A DNA stretch of 64,000 nt from Felis catus. Its lineage: Eukaryota. Positions 1 to 11,600 of the stretch are shown here, piece by piece (positions within the stretch are counted from its first letter, which is position 1; each line of letters opens with the position of its first letter). The DNA is taken from the NCBI RefSeq assembly GCF_018350175.1, contig NC_058368.1:138324001-138388000 (forward strand), in the 5' to 3' direction. The notes below the pieces were generated by a model. That model ran no database searches. It saw nothing but the letters and a program-made list of their open reading frames with translations, and had not been told where the DNA came from. Position numbers and translations under genes: made by a program.

Positions 1-1566
1 GAGTCTGTGTTTGCCTCATTCACTTTAGACACTAGTCTTTTAGATGAGGGAATTCTGGATTCTTCTGAATTACTGAAGGAGGCTATGAATTCAAGGCAAT
101 AACGTTCAACTGCAGTAGGCCGTATTTTTGAAGTCTTTGTAGGAATGATTCAGGAAGGATGCATGTTTCCATCCTGGGAATACGCTGACATTTGCTAGAG
201 GCAGATGGCAGAAGATGGGATGGTGTGATATTACAAGTCAGAGACTTGACATACTTGACTTTGCCAGAAGCTTCTGGAATCTGCATGTTTAGGATCTTAA
301 GCTTATATTCTTGTCATTTCAGATGTGCCCTTGCAGTTAACTGCTTAGCTATGCTGGGTGTTTTTTTTTTTTTCTTCTTCTTCTTATTTTAGCATAGTAA
401 ATATGGAACTATTAAACATTCTTAAAATTATATAAGCCTGAACTCTTGGATGTATGCATATTGTGTTGTCTTTACTTGCTTCCATATGGTTCTGTTTTGC
501 GGATGTTCTTATAACAAGAATATGGAAGCTTAATGTATATCCCATCTGATTAAAATTGAACCCTCTTTTAAGAAACCGAAGTTTTCAGAGCTGTATTACT
601 TCCCATGAGTAGGTTAAACTTCTGACTCTTGACAAATTTATTCCTCCCAAAGCTATACTATGTTTGATTATTTGTGAAATTATCCAGATTGGCAAGTAGA
701 GCTCATCCTCTATTTTTGGATGCTTGACGCTTCTGTTCAGCATGAGCTCTAAAATACGCTCCCAAAGTTTTGCATATGCAAACGCCTCTTCGTTGGCACA
801 GAGACGGGATGGAGAGAACGTAACAAACATTTTGGCCAAAATGTGATGGTCTGTTAGTCGGCATGTAGTAATGAGGCCACATTTTGGATCCAAGCTCCAG
901 TGTGAAAAAGTGCAGTCGTAGCCTGATGTCTCTCTCTGGGGACTGCAGGCTCAACTCCCAGAGCCCTTGAAAGGAGAGTGCGGCAATCCTGGGAGTCAGG
1001 GCTGGGGGGTGGCTGTTAGCTTGCCTTTACAGTACTCCACTGAACTGTCTTCACACATTTAAAAAAGATTTTTTTTTTTTTAGTTATTTCAAGCTGATCA
1101 AATAGCCTGAGGGTAATGCATTGTTAAATATCAGGTACTAAATTCATCTTTTGTGAGCCTCCGCTGCTCTGAGATGCTTTAATCAATGGAGAAAGCATGA
1201 AACTGAGCTGTGTGAGCCTGAGAGCGAAGGAAGTATTGGGAAAAACCACATTAAAATTCCTCTCCTCTGAGAAGTTGTCCTTCTTCCTGGTAAGAGTATG
1301 GAAGGATTTTTGCAAATGGTATTGCTAGTAAATTGAAATATTTTCCCTTTATGCTTGTCAGATAAGAGATACAGATATATTAATAGATAAATATTGCAGA
1401 TATGTTGGTCAGAGTCAATCTCTTACCTACTACTTAGGATTGAGTCACACTCCCCCACAATTAAAATATTTTCTCAAACAAACTTATAGGACTTCTATAA
1501 ATTTATAATACTTTAGGTAATAGTATTGGGGATTTTTAGTTTTTTTTAGATTATCTGCAAGTTGTG

Positions 1567-1590
1567 TTTTGTTTTGTTTTGTTTTGTTTT
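1567..1590. repeat. (TTTTG)n microsatellite
   Basis: Directly visible pentamer run. Confidence 0.85.
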
Positions 1591-2019
1591 TGGAGAATCC
1601 ATTGGCCCACTTTGAGAATGTATGGTTCAGGCAAGTTCCAGAAAATGTGTTTCCTGAAGGGCTTGATTAAATGACTGAATCAACACTGACCCAGAAAAGA
1701 GTTGAAACCTGCCTGGCAATACCATTTTGGGCCAGAATGACCAAGGCTAGATATGTTCCTGAGATAAAAGTAGGTGATAGAATATTCTACTGTTTCTCAA
1801 ACTCACTTTTAAAGATAGTAGAAGATAAAGGATCCATCATCTCCCACCTCCTAAACCAAGTTTCAGGAAAAATAGACTGAACATGTATTTTCTTATGTAA
1901 TGAACTTTACCTGAGTTAATCAGTTAATCAGTGCTTCATTTTTAAGTGAGGGATTTGAATGAATACATGAATAAATGAATGCACGAGGCAATGTCATTGA
2001 CTAATATTGAACAGTGGAG

Positions 2020-2260
2020 ATGACTGACTGGCATAGTGGTTAAGACAGAGAAGGGTTGGAAATTACCCCTCAGTTCATATTCTAGATCTGTCATTTATTA
2101 CCTATGAAATTTTAAGCAAGTAGTTAACTTGATATGTTTATTTCCTTATATATAAAATTGGACTTCTGATAGTATCTGCTTTGTCCTTGGTAGAGGATTA
2201 CATAAGACAAAGCATAAAATACCTGGAACTTTGGAGGTGCTCAGTATACATAGCTTGTGT
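2020..2260 (+). mobile_element. MIR SINE (degenerate)
   Basis: GGCATAGTGGTTAAGA start; core-like AGCAAGTAGTTAACTT...ATATAAAATTGG; ends GGAGGTGCTCAGTA. Confidence 0.65.
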
Positions 2261-2603
2261 TAAGCTACAAATCCTTAGGAAGACTTGAGCCACTGTACTC
2301 CTTCCAGGTGGTTGCTTTGGTGGCCTGAAAGACTTCATCTCATTTGGGTTTTGAGCTAAGAAGACCCATCTCAAAACATGTTGCATAATTCTACTGGCTG
2401 TTACTAGGTGTTACTAGATAGGCGGTTCTCATAATAATAATATTGGGAAATGCTGGCTTGGGGACTCTCCAACCTTTTCAAAACTTTTATCGTGCTCATG
2501 GATATCCAAAGGTGGCGCTTCGCAAACCTTGGCAGTTAACCACAGCATCCTCCTCTGGGGCCTAGTGTCTGGCAGGGCTACTATTCCTTTAAATATACTG
2601 GGA

Positions 2604-2832
2604 GGGGCGCCTGGGTGGCTTGGTCGGTTAAGTGTCCGACTTCGGCTCAGGTCACGATCTCACGGTCCGGTCCGTGAGTTCGAGCCCCGCGTCGGGTTCT
2701 GTGCTGACAGCTCAGAGCCTGGAGCCTGCTTCAGATTCTGTGTCTCCCTCTCTCTCTGCCCCTCCCCTGTTCATGCTCTATCTCTCTCTGTTTCAAAAAT
2801 AAAAAAAAATAAACGTTAAAAAAATTTTTTTT
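2604..2832 (+). mobile_element. CAN-SINE (feliform SINEC)
   Basis: GGGGCGCCTGGGTGGC head, GAGTTCGAGCCC B box, CT-rich region, A tail; TSD TTAAATATACTGG. Confidence 0.97.
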
Positions 2833-3534
2833 AAATATACTGGAAAAAAACACTGATGTAAGTGGATGTTGAGATAAATGCATTGCCCGGGGTGCACCCT
2901 TCAAATACATTTTTTCTCCCTTGGGAGCAGTTGAAATCCAAATGGCATATCCCAGCATGATTTACCACATGGGTTGTCTTTTGAAAACCGAATCCAGCAT
3001 GGATTTAAGATAGAGCTTTGTGTAGCCCCCAGGTCAGCACTTGAGCCTGTGGTTAAGGGTTTGTGTCCAGTCCTCTTAGAGATTTTTTGGGTTCTCTTCC
3101 TTGGGTGTTTCCAAAGGATCCGTGTGTTGAAAGGCGGTCCTCCCTGAAGGAGCCCTGGAGGCCATGTGTTTGGGCCTGGAGGTCTGATCTGGCTTTGAAC
3201 CTCTCAGCCGCCTCTCCTACTACATCCTTTCCCCACTGTGGTACAGCAGTCAGAAGTTCTCCTTGTTATGTGAGAGGCCAGGGCCCTCCTATTTTTTGTG
3301 CATCTACTTCCTCTGTCAGGAATATCTTCTCTTGTACCCTTTTCTTCCAACCTGGCTAACTCTTGCTCACCTTTCAAGACTTAGCTCCAGGGTCACTTAG
3401 TTCTAGATGCCTTTCCAGACCCTCTTAGTCTGAGTTAGGAACCTCTCGTGTATAACGTTGTGTGTCCAATGCACCCTTTTCCTCCTTTGTACCATATTTC
3501 ATACGTGTTTTCCCTTTAGACTAGATGATGCTTT

Positions 3535-3987
3535 ATATGGTTTATTTTGTTTGAGTTATAACTTACATACAGTGAAATGCCCAGATATTAAGTCTATTCA
3601 ATCAATTTTGTGGAAAGAATATCAAGGCGCAGAATATTTCCATCACTCCAGAAAGCTCCCTTCTACCCCTTTCCAACCAATCCCTACCCCCCCGAAGCAA
3701 CCACTCCTCTGCTTTTCATCATCATAGGTTAATTTTGCTTATTATGGAATGGAATGGAATGGAATCAGATACTGTGTGCCTTCTTGTGTTCAGTTCTTTT
3801 CCTTCAGCATGCTTTTGAGATGCATCTATGACCTTGCATGAATCTGTGGTTCATCCCCTTTTATTCCTGAGGGATCTTGCCTTGATGGATTTACCACAGT
3901 TACCCATTCTTCTGTTGATGGACACATGGCTTATTTCTCATTTTTGGCTATTAGGAATAAAGCTGCTCTGAACATTCCTGTACAGGG

Positions 3988-4035
<48 letters not shown>

Positions 4036-4140
4036 TATGTTTTCATTCCTCTTGCGTAAATACCTAGGAGTAGAATTATTTCTGGAGTAGGTGCCTGTTT
4101 CAATTTTAAGAAACTAAAAGCACTTTCAAAGTGATTATAC
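3535..4140 (-). mobile_element. Ancient L1M (L1MB/L1ME-like) 3' end fragment
   Basis: TTGAGTTATAACTTACATACAGTGAAATG...CATCACTCCAGAAAG...GGCTATTAGGAATAAAGCTGCTCTGAACATTC...GTAAATACCTAGGAGTAGAATT, typical antisense L1 3' end. Confidence 0.8.
3989..4034. repeat. (TG)n microsatellite
   Basis: About 22 uninterrupted TG units. Confidence 0.98.
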
Positions 4141-4619
4141 AGACTATAAATTTGTTGACTGTGGAGTCGAGGGCTTATTCAGCTAGGTTTCCCTTATGTC
4201 CAGCCCAGTGCAGAGCATACACTAAGCACTCAGTGAAGAGCAAATGGAAAAGAAGCTCAAACCAGTTTTCATTCTGATAGACTCTCTACTAATTGACCAA
4301 AAAAAAAAAAAATGCCCATTAACGGAATGGAACCTGATGGTCTTAAATGTGGTTTCCTTCCAGGCAGGCAAACATAGGGGAGTATAGTTCCCTTCTCACT
4401 CTGCTCCTGGAGCTACCCCTCCTTGTAGGATAGCAACACATACAGGATGTGCAGGTGAAGCCGAGGATGTAGATTGATAGGCAATCGTCGAAGGGTCCCG
4501 GTCGCTGTGGCTGCCATGCTTGTTTCTCAGGTAAGAACTCCTAACCCTTCCCTCCAAGACCCTCCACAGGCTGCTCTTTCATCGCATCCCCCACCTCAAC
4601 TCACCTGCGCAAACTCATG

Positions 4620-4945
4620 GTTCAGCCAAGCTTGACAACTTTCCTTTTTTATAGCATCTAGCATTTTCTCCCCTTTGCCAGACTTGCCAGTTCCAGCTGG
4701 CATACCTCCACACAGGGCCGTCTCTCCCTGTGGACATCCTGGTCGGCCTTCAAGGCTCACTTCAGATGTATCGTCCCTGAAGTTGTCCTACCCACCGAAC
4801 CTGGAAGCTCACTGTCCGGAGGGTCTGTGGAGGGGTGTAGAGCTGTGGACTATATTCATCCGGCCCTGAACGGCTTTCAACTGTGTGGTCACGGGCTTTC
4901 TCAGGACACCGTACTCAGTGGTCCTCAGATGTCTGTAACGAATGA
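4620..4945. mobile_element. L2 LINE 3' fragment (degenerate)
   Basis: CCTTCAAGGCTCACTTCAGATGT...CCCTGAAG and terminal GTGGTCCTCAGATGTCTGTAACGAATGA resemble the L2 3' end. Confidence 0.5.
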
Positions 4946-5154
4946 GGGCTGCTGGTCACTCAGGGACCAACTGAGGCTGCCCTTCATGATCCTTGCTCTT
5001 GGTGGCTGATTCCGTGAAAGAAGTTTCGTGTCATGCTATGGCTTCTTCTTGAGACGAGTTGTTTAGGGAAGAAAGAGGTCTATCCAGAAGGAGGGAGATC
5101 TAGTGCCAGCTTGGGGATACATGTCACCTGGTAGATACTGAAAGGGAAATTGGC

Positions 5155-5382
5155 TTTTTTTTTTTTTTTTAATTTTTTTTTAACGTTTATTTATTTTTGA
5201 GACAGAGAGAGACAGAGCATGAACGGGGGAGGGGCAGAGAGAGGGAGACACAGAATCCGAAACAGGCTCCAGGCTCTGAGCTGTCAGCACAGAGCCCGAC
5301 GCGGGGCTCGAACTCACGGACCGCGAGATCATGACCTGAGCCGAAGTCGGCCGCTTAACCGACTGAGCCACCCAGGCGCCCC
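5155..5382 (-). mobile_element. CAN-SINE (feliform SINEC)
   Basis: Reverse-complement SINEC; TSD GGAAATTGGCTTT at 5145 and 5383. Confidence 0.97.
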
Positions 5383-6554
5383 GGAAATTGGCTTTCTTTA
5401 GGCCCAGTGTTAGTCACAGGTCATATGTCAACAGGGCAAGTATTAACAGCAAGAGCAGCTTCTTATGACATTAGTATCCATAAGAAAATTTAAAAACAAT
5501 TTTCTTTAGAGGGAGATGGCTCCAAGGAGGAGAGCAGTGAATCCTGTGATATGTGTGTTTTCTTTCGATTGCTGTTTTGGTAAAATCCTTATTTTGTCTC
5601 TGTTCTGCAAACTGCCTTCTTTTCAAACCATACAATTTCTAAAAACATTTTAAGTTTAATTTCCAGAAATGTAATACAGTTATCTTTGCTCTGATAACAA
5701 ACATAAATGTGAAAAGAATGCCAAGGGTGTGAAAATCTGCCTTGAACAAAACATTTTTTTCTATATATTATGTTGTGCTTTTAAAATTATAATCATTTTT
5801 GAGTGGCATAAACTCAGAGCTACAGTTGGAAAATATATTTTGGAGTTTGGTTTCTTGGCAAATGTTACTTCAAACAAATAAGACTTACAAAAATAATGTT
5901 TCTCATTTCTAAAAAGAAAAAAAAATTGTGTTGCTATGAAAACTGTAAATACCAATTTCTCAGAACAGAAAAGGCATGTTAGTTGTTTGACATCATGTAA
6001 TTTTGTAGTTGATCAAGAAAAAAATACACTCATTTGTAGACCTTTGAAGAATTGGACAATTTTTTTTGAAGCCCAATAATGTGATTATTCAGAAGTAGTT
6101 AGAACTAGTTAGCTTGGATGTATTTAATTGCCTGCTTCTGGTTTAAAGAAATACACTGGATCTTGTATGCTTAAGAATTTTAACAGATGCTTTTCCCTTG
6201 ACTGAGTTAGTAAGTAGTAAATGCAGCATTAAAATTCTGCCTTATTCACCTGGCAATAAAGTGAATTCACTTCTTCTCTTTCACAGTGGGTAGGGTCATG
6301 AAGCAGGCAGTTTCCAGAAAGTCAACCTAATTGGCATAGTTCTTAGGAGCCCCTGGTCTGTCTTTCAGAGGGATTCAGTGTCATGAAAATCCTGACCTAT
6401 CCCTGAGTTGGAGACCTACATGTCATTTGATTCAGTGCACTCTTAGAAAAGTTGTACCTGCTTCTTAACAGGGACTCCAGGATTTGATGGTCTTAATTTT
6501 GATTTAAAAATTGAGCTTGATATTTTGTTTTTGTTTTTGTTGTTTTGCCTATCT

Positions 6555-6995
6555 AAACGTATTGTGGACAATTTCAAACATGTACATAATTAAATAGGAG
6601 TATGACAGCCAGTTAGTTACCATGATCAACTTGGAAAACTTAGGAACTTCTGGCCAATTGTGTTTCACCCAGACACTTACCCCAACATGCCCAGTATTAT
6701 TTTGAAGCAGTATTTAAAAATCATGTGTACGTATTTATTGATGCATAACATTTCAGTATTTATCTCTAAGAGATAGGGCTCTCTTTTTAAAACTATTATC
6801 ACACCAAGGGAAAAATTGAACAAAAATTCCATAGTATCAACATATAGTCAGTATTTAAACTTCCAATTGTGTGTGTGTGAGTGTGTGTACTCTTCCTAGT
6901 TTGATTTTTTTGACTCAATCCAAATATTATAATAATATAATATATATTATATAATATATAATAATATAAGACCACATATTATACTTGGTTGCTGT
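6555..6995 (-). mobile_element. L1MC4/L1MC5-like 3' fragment
   Basis: TATTTTGAAGCA...ATTTCAGTATTTATCTCTAAGAGATAGGGCTC...ATTATCACACC...AGTCAGTATTTAAAC match recalled L1MC 3' UTR. Confidence 0.65.
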
Positions 6996-7008
6996 GTATT
7001 TTAATGCA

Positions 7009-7234
7009 TTTTTTTTTAATTTGTTTTCAACATTTTTATTTATTTTTGGGACAGAGAGAGACAGAGCATGAACGCGGGGGAGGGGCAGAGAGAGAGGGAG
7101 ACACAGAATCGGAAACAGGCTCCAGGCTCCGAGCCATCAGCCCAGAGCCCGACGCGGGGCTCGAACTCCCAGACCGCGAGATCGTGACCTGGCTGAAGTC
7201 GGACGCTTAACCGACTGCGCCACCCAGGCGCCCC
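7009..7234 (-). mobile_element. CAN-SINE SINEC_Fc (young)
   Basis: Full SINEC_Fc with CpGs retained; TSD TTTAATGCATTTTT. Confidence 0.97.
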
Positions 7235-7254
7235 TTTAATGCATTTTTAATATA

Positions 7255-8090
7255 AAAGTTTTAACTATGAAAAATTCAAACTTACAGAAAAGTAAAGAAA
7301 AAAATATGTATCAGGCATGCGTTTAACAAATGTTAACCTGTTGCCATGTTTGCTTAAGATATTTCTTTGCCTTTTTTTTTTTTTAGAATATTCAATATAC
7401 CGTCCCTCCCCTTATTTTTCCTTTTTTTCCCCATTTAAACAATATTCTATAATTGGTGCTATCATTTCTATTATTCTATAATTGGTGCATGTCATTTCTA
7501 TAGTAAGTTTTTATGTTCTTGCTACATACATGTATGCATAAATATATATTTTTGTTTTTATATTCTGTATAATGTTTGTCTTTTTGCAACTATTTTTTTT
7601 CCACTCAATGTGCATATTCATACATGTAGTTCAAATAGTTCATTTTAAACTGCTGTATACTATTCCCTTATAGAATAAATGCCAGCTTATTTGTTACTAG
7701 TGGACAGTTAGGATGTTTCCAATTTTTTTTACTCCTACAAATGATTCTCCGTAAATATCCTTTTATGCATTCCCCTTGTGAATGAGAGTTTATTTACATG
7801 ATAACACCTAAAAGTGATGGGGATGTCTTTGGTTTTGCTGGGTATTATTTCTCTCTAAAGTTAAATAATTCAGTTATCAGCATCTATATATGAGATTTCC
7901 AGTTTCTCCAGAACTTCCCCAACACTCAGTATTGTTAGGTTTCTAAATTTTGCCAATCTCATGGGTATGAAATGGTAACTCCCATTCTTAGAATTTGTAC
8001 TTCCCTAATTACTCGTGAGATTTAGTGTCTTTTTGTATTTATTTGCCATTTAGGTTTCCTCTTTGGTGAAGTGACTCTTCTTAAAGGTGT
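7255..8090 (-). mobile_element. Ancient L1ME-like 3' fragment
   Basis: GGACAGTTAGGATGTTTCCAATTTTT, TTTTGCCAATCTCATGGGTATGAAATGGTA, TATTTGCCATTTAGGTTTCCTCTTTGGTGAAGTG are L1 ORF2-end/3' UTR motifs. Confidence 0.7.
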
Positions 8091-8826
8091 TTTTCTAACA
8101 ACAGATTTTGGAATTTCAGGTGTTCAGTATTACTTATGCAGGCAAATTAATTGTTTTTAAATGGGTTCAATATGGTTTTAACTTTGAGAAATAGTTGTAG
8201 GAGAAATCATATTTACAGTTATATGTAGATACTTTAAGATTGCAAAAGGACATTTGTGACAGAGCTAAGGTCTTTCAGGATGGAGAAAAATCAACCATAT
8301 GTGCAGAAGCTACTTAAAATAATGTTGTTTTTGACTATTCTATTTTACTGAGGCTTTAACCTTATGTCTTCTTCATTTGCTTACTTTTTTCCTACCTCCC
8401 AACTATGTTTTCCTCCATAGCTTGTGTACCTGTCAGTAACTGACCAATATTAGTTTCCACACACTCAACACGTCCGATATCTATCTGCTTCATTTTCTGT
8501 CCTTGAAATTTCCCTTCCAGGATCCTCTGTCCTCCTTTTCCAATAAGCCCTTGTTGTTCCATGCCTGCTATATAGGTGTCACCCTTCATACTCCTCCTGT
8601 GACAGATCCCGTGTGCTCAGTCTCATTTTTTATCTTTTATGACCTATTCCTTTATGTGGTGGATCTTGCCTCCAAATGTTCCCAAGAAAAGCCGTAATGA
8701 GAGCACATTTTTTTTCCAAATAACTAACTTGAAATGTATTTTTCACATCATTTGTTTTTGCTTTTATACTTGGTTTTTGTAATATATTTAGGCTTAGAAT
8801 TCCAGATCAAAAATCATTCTCCTTCA

Positions 8827-9022
8827 GGGGCACCTCCATGGCTCAGTCGGTAAAGTGTCTGACTCTTGATTTCAGCTCGGATCATGATCTCATGGTCTTG
8901 AGCTCGAGGCCTGCATAGAGCCCCGTGTCAGACTCTGTGCTGAATGTGGAACCTGCCTAAGATTCTCTTCTCCCTCCCTCTGCCCCTCTCCCTTGCACCC
9001 TCTCTCTTTCTCAAAAAAATAA
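8827..9022 (+). mobile_element. CAN-SINE (older carnivore subfamily)
   Basis: GGGGCACCTCCATGGCTCAGTCGG...GACTCTTGATTTCAGCTC; TSD ATTCTCCTTCAG. Confidence 0.93.
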
Positions 9023-9479
9023 TTTATTCTCCTTCAGAATTTTGAACGGTTTGATTATTCTGCTTCTTAGGGTTTCTGTTGAGAAGTCTGATGTCATTGT
9101 TATTTCTAATTCTTTGTGACCTGTTCTCAATTTTGGAAGCCTTTGCAGTTCTCTCTTTATCCCTTGTTGGCTGAATTGTATTGTATGTCTTCGTGTGGTC
9201 TTTTGTTAAAGCCATTCTTACTGGTTACTTGAGACATTTTCTTTGATTGTGGGAAATTTTCTTTAAAAAACTCTTGTCGTCATTATTATCTTATTGGAAC
9301 TGTTTCTCGTTCAGAGTTGGACCTCTTGGGTCCTCTGATTTTTCTGCTTATTCCGCCCCCGCCCCCACTTCTATTCCCATTTCTTAATGTTTTTGTTTTC
9401 CTTTCTGGGAGATTTTCTTATCCTTAACCTCCTACTAGTCCATTGACTTTTTTTTTTTTTTTAATTCAGCTGGCATATT

Positions 9480-9713
9480 TTTATTTTTAAAAAAAAAATT
9501 TTTTTTTTCAATGTTTTTATTTATTTTTGGGACAGCGAGAGACAGAGCATGAACGGGGGAGGGGCAGAGAGAGAGGGAGACACAGAATCGGAAACAGGCT
9601 CCAGGCTCCGAGCCATCAGCCCAGAGCCCGACGCGGGGCTCGAAGTCATGGACCGTGAGATCGTGACCTGGCTGAAGTCGGACGCTTAACCGACTGCGCC
9701 ACCCAGGCGCCCC
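9480..9713 (-). mobile_element. CAN-SINE SINEC_Fc
   Basis: Full element; TSD T(G/A)GCATATTTTTA. Confidence 0.97.
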
Positions 9714-10734
9714 TAGCATATTTTTAATTTCAAGAGATTTTCCTTGTTCTCTTATAGTTGATATTTTATGGAATCTTGCTTTGTAGTTGAATGTCTTTTA
9801 AATATTTCTTTGAAGATATTAGAGATTTTCTTGAGCTTCCTGTATTCTTGAGTTCTGTTTTTTTAAGTTAGGCTTGTGTCTGTATTGGCATTAGGCTCTC
9901 CCTTTCATATTCCGTAGTATACCTACCATTGTGTATTGCTGTGAGAATTGAGTTGAATGTTTCACTCAAAGTCAATGTTAGTGGCTTAAAGACAGAAGCC
10001 CTATAATGCAATTCTATCTTGACTACATCCATTTGATTCTGCTGAGAAGGCAAGGGTTAGGCTAAATGAAAATTTCAGGTACTTTCAACACATAAGCATT
10101 CGAAACTGGTGATTATCAGGACTTTGAGTAGATAAATTTTTTGTATCAGGTATTCACTAATTCCTTTGGCAATATGTTTTTATACCTCCTATTATTGTAA
10201 ACTGAAATCAACTTTGATATTGTCAGACTAAATGTATTACCTTCTATTTCTTAAATGTTACATCTTAGTTTTAGTAAACTCAAAAGGCTGAAGAATAGGA
10301 ATCTAAATTACAAGAGAAACTTACCAATTCTTTGCCATCAACAACTACACCCCCAGGGTATAAAAGATCTTTTCTGATTATGGTTCACCTGGGAGATGTT
10401 AAATTTTCTAGGCAAAAGCAAAGGGACATATTTGAATCTGTATCATATCTTTTAGGTAGCTATAAACTCAAATGAACCTAATTTATTTTATGACACAGAG
10501 TCTTATAAATTGTGTATCTTTCTAAATAGATAAAAACCCATACGCACACACTTGCCAATGACTTGTCATACAGTTGCATTAAAATTGATGTAAACACATT
10601 CAGCATCCAGAGGAGGCCCCTAATTTATTGCCACAGTGTTCCATTTTTTTTTTCAGATGTATAGGAGCTACGCTGTTGGAATAACAGAGAACCCTTTATA
10701 ATTTTATAGTCCAAATATATGTGAGGCTCTGTAC

Positions 10735-11600
10735 TTTAAAAAATATACCATGGAACATTTCAAATGTATACAAAAGTAGAATTGTTTAATGAATTCTCAG
10801 CTCTAATGATGACCAATCCTGGTCATCAGACAAGCCAATCCTGGTTCACCAGTGCTCTTCTCTCTCTCTCACACTGGGTTATCTTAAAGCAAATCCAGGA
10901 TATCCTATGATTTCATTTCAAAATACTTGAGTATCTTTCTTTAAAAGGCAAGAAGTGTTTTTTTTTTTAAGCATCACCACAATATCTTTATTACACCTAA
11001 AAAACTTTATACTTGAAATCATACTGTCAGTACATGAATTTCTCTGTCTCAACTTTTTCCCCTTGGTTTGTTTGATCCAAATAATTTCATATATTGTATT
11101 TGGCTTGTATATCTCTTAGATCTCTTTTAATCTGAATTTCTCCTGCCCCCCCCTTTTTTAAGTCTTATAATTATTTGAAAACACATTGTTGTTTGTTTTT
11201 TGAAAAGATATTTATTTCCCTGAAGAAAATCATTTTTTTTAAATGTCCTACATTCTAAATTTTTCTGCTTGCTTTCCTATAGTGTTATTTAACGTATTAT
11301 TCTCCCCCCCCGTGTTTTCTGTAACCTGGGTAGTTGGGATAGGTGTTTGGTGTTTGACTAGATAGAGGCTTTTTTGACCTGAAGAATCTTCACAGATCGG
11401 ATTATATGTTTCCTATATTGCCCATGTTATACATTTCCTGTTGCATCCTATCACGAGGCCAACCATGTCTGTTTATCTTTTTATGATATTATATTTGATC
11501 TGTGGGTTCAGATATTGTCAGCTTGATCCATCCACTACAAAGCTCTCCATCTGCTTTTCTCCTAATAACTTGAGCAGCCACTGTCGATAATTGCCCGTGT
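10735..11600 (-). mobile_element. L1MC4/L1MC5-like 3' fragment
   Basis: AAGCAAATCCAGGATATCCTATGATTTCATTT...CACCACAATATCTTTATTACACCTAAAA...TGGGTTCAGATATTGTCAGCTTGATCCATCCACTACAAAG; related to 6555-6995. Confidence 0.7.

Larger units (their letters stand above)
8740..9850 (-). mobile_element. Ancient L1 ORF1-region fragment interrupted by two SINEs
   Basis: TGTTGAGAAGTCTGATGTCA motif; minus-frame peptide RDKERTAKAS...IR resembles L1 ORF1 KDKEKILKAAREK...IRL. Confidence 0.6.

Noticed and set aside
1..102. Open + frame at the window edge (ESVFASFTLDTSLLDEGILDSSELLKEAMNSRQ*)
   Set aside because: Protein-like but short, truncated by the window edge and not recognised; cannot be told from chance without a search
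585..954. Minus-strand ORFs of 102 and 83 aa
   Set aside because: Non-ATG starts, no recognisable domain and no splice or retrocopy hallmarks
4443..4536. Possible exon ending in a strong donor CAG/GTAAGA
   Set aside because: No convincing acceptor, and the phase-1 frame hits a stop shortly upstream
10657..10726. Possible cassette exon after TTTTTTTTTTCAG
   Set aside because: Stops in all three frames and a weak donor
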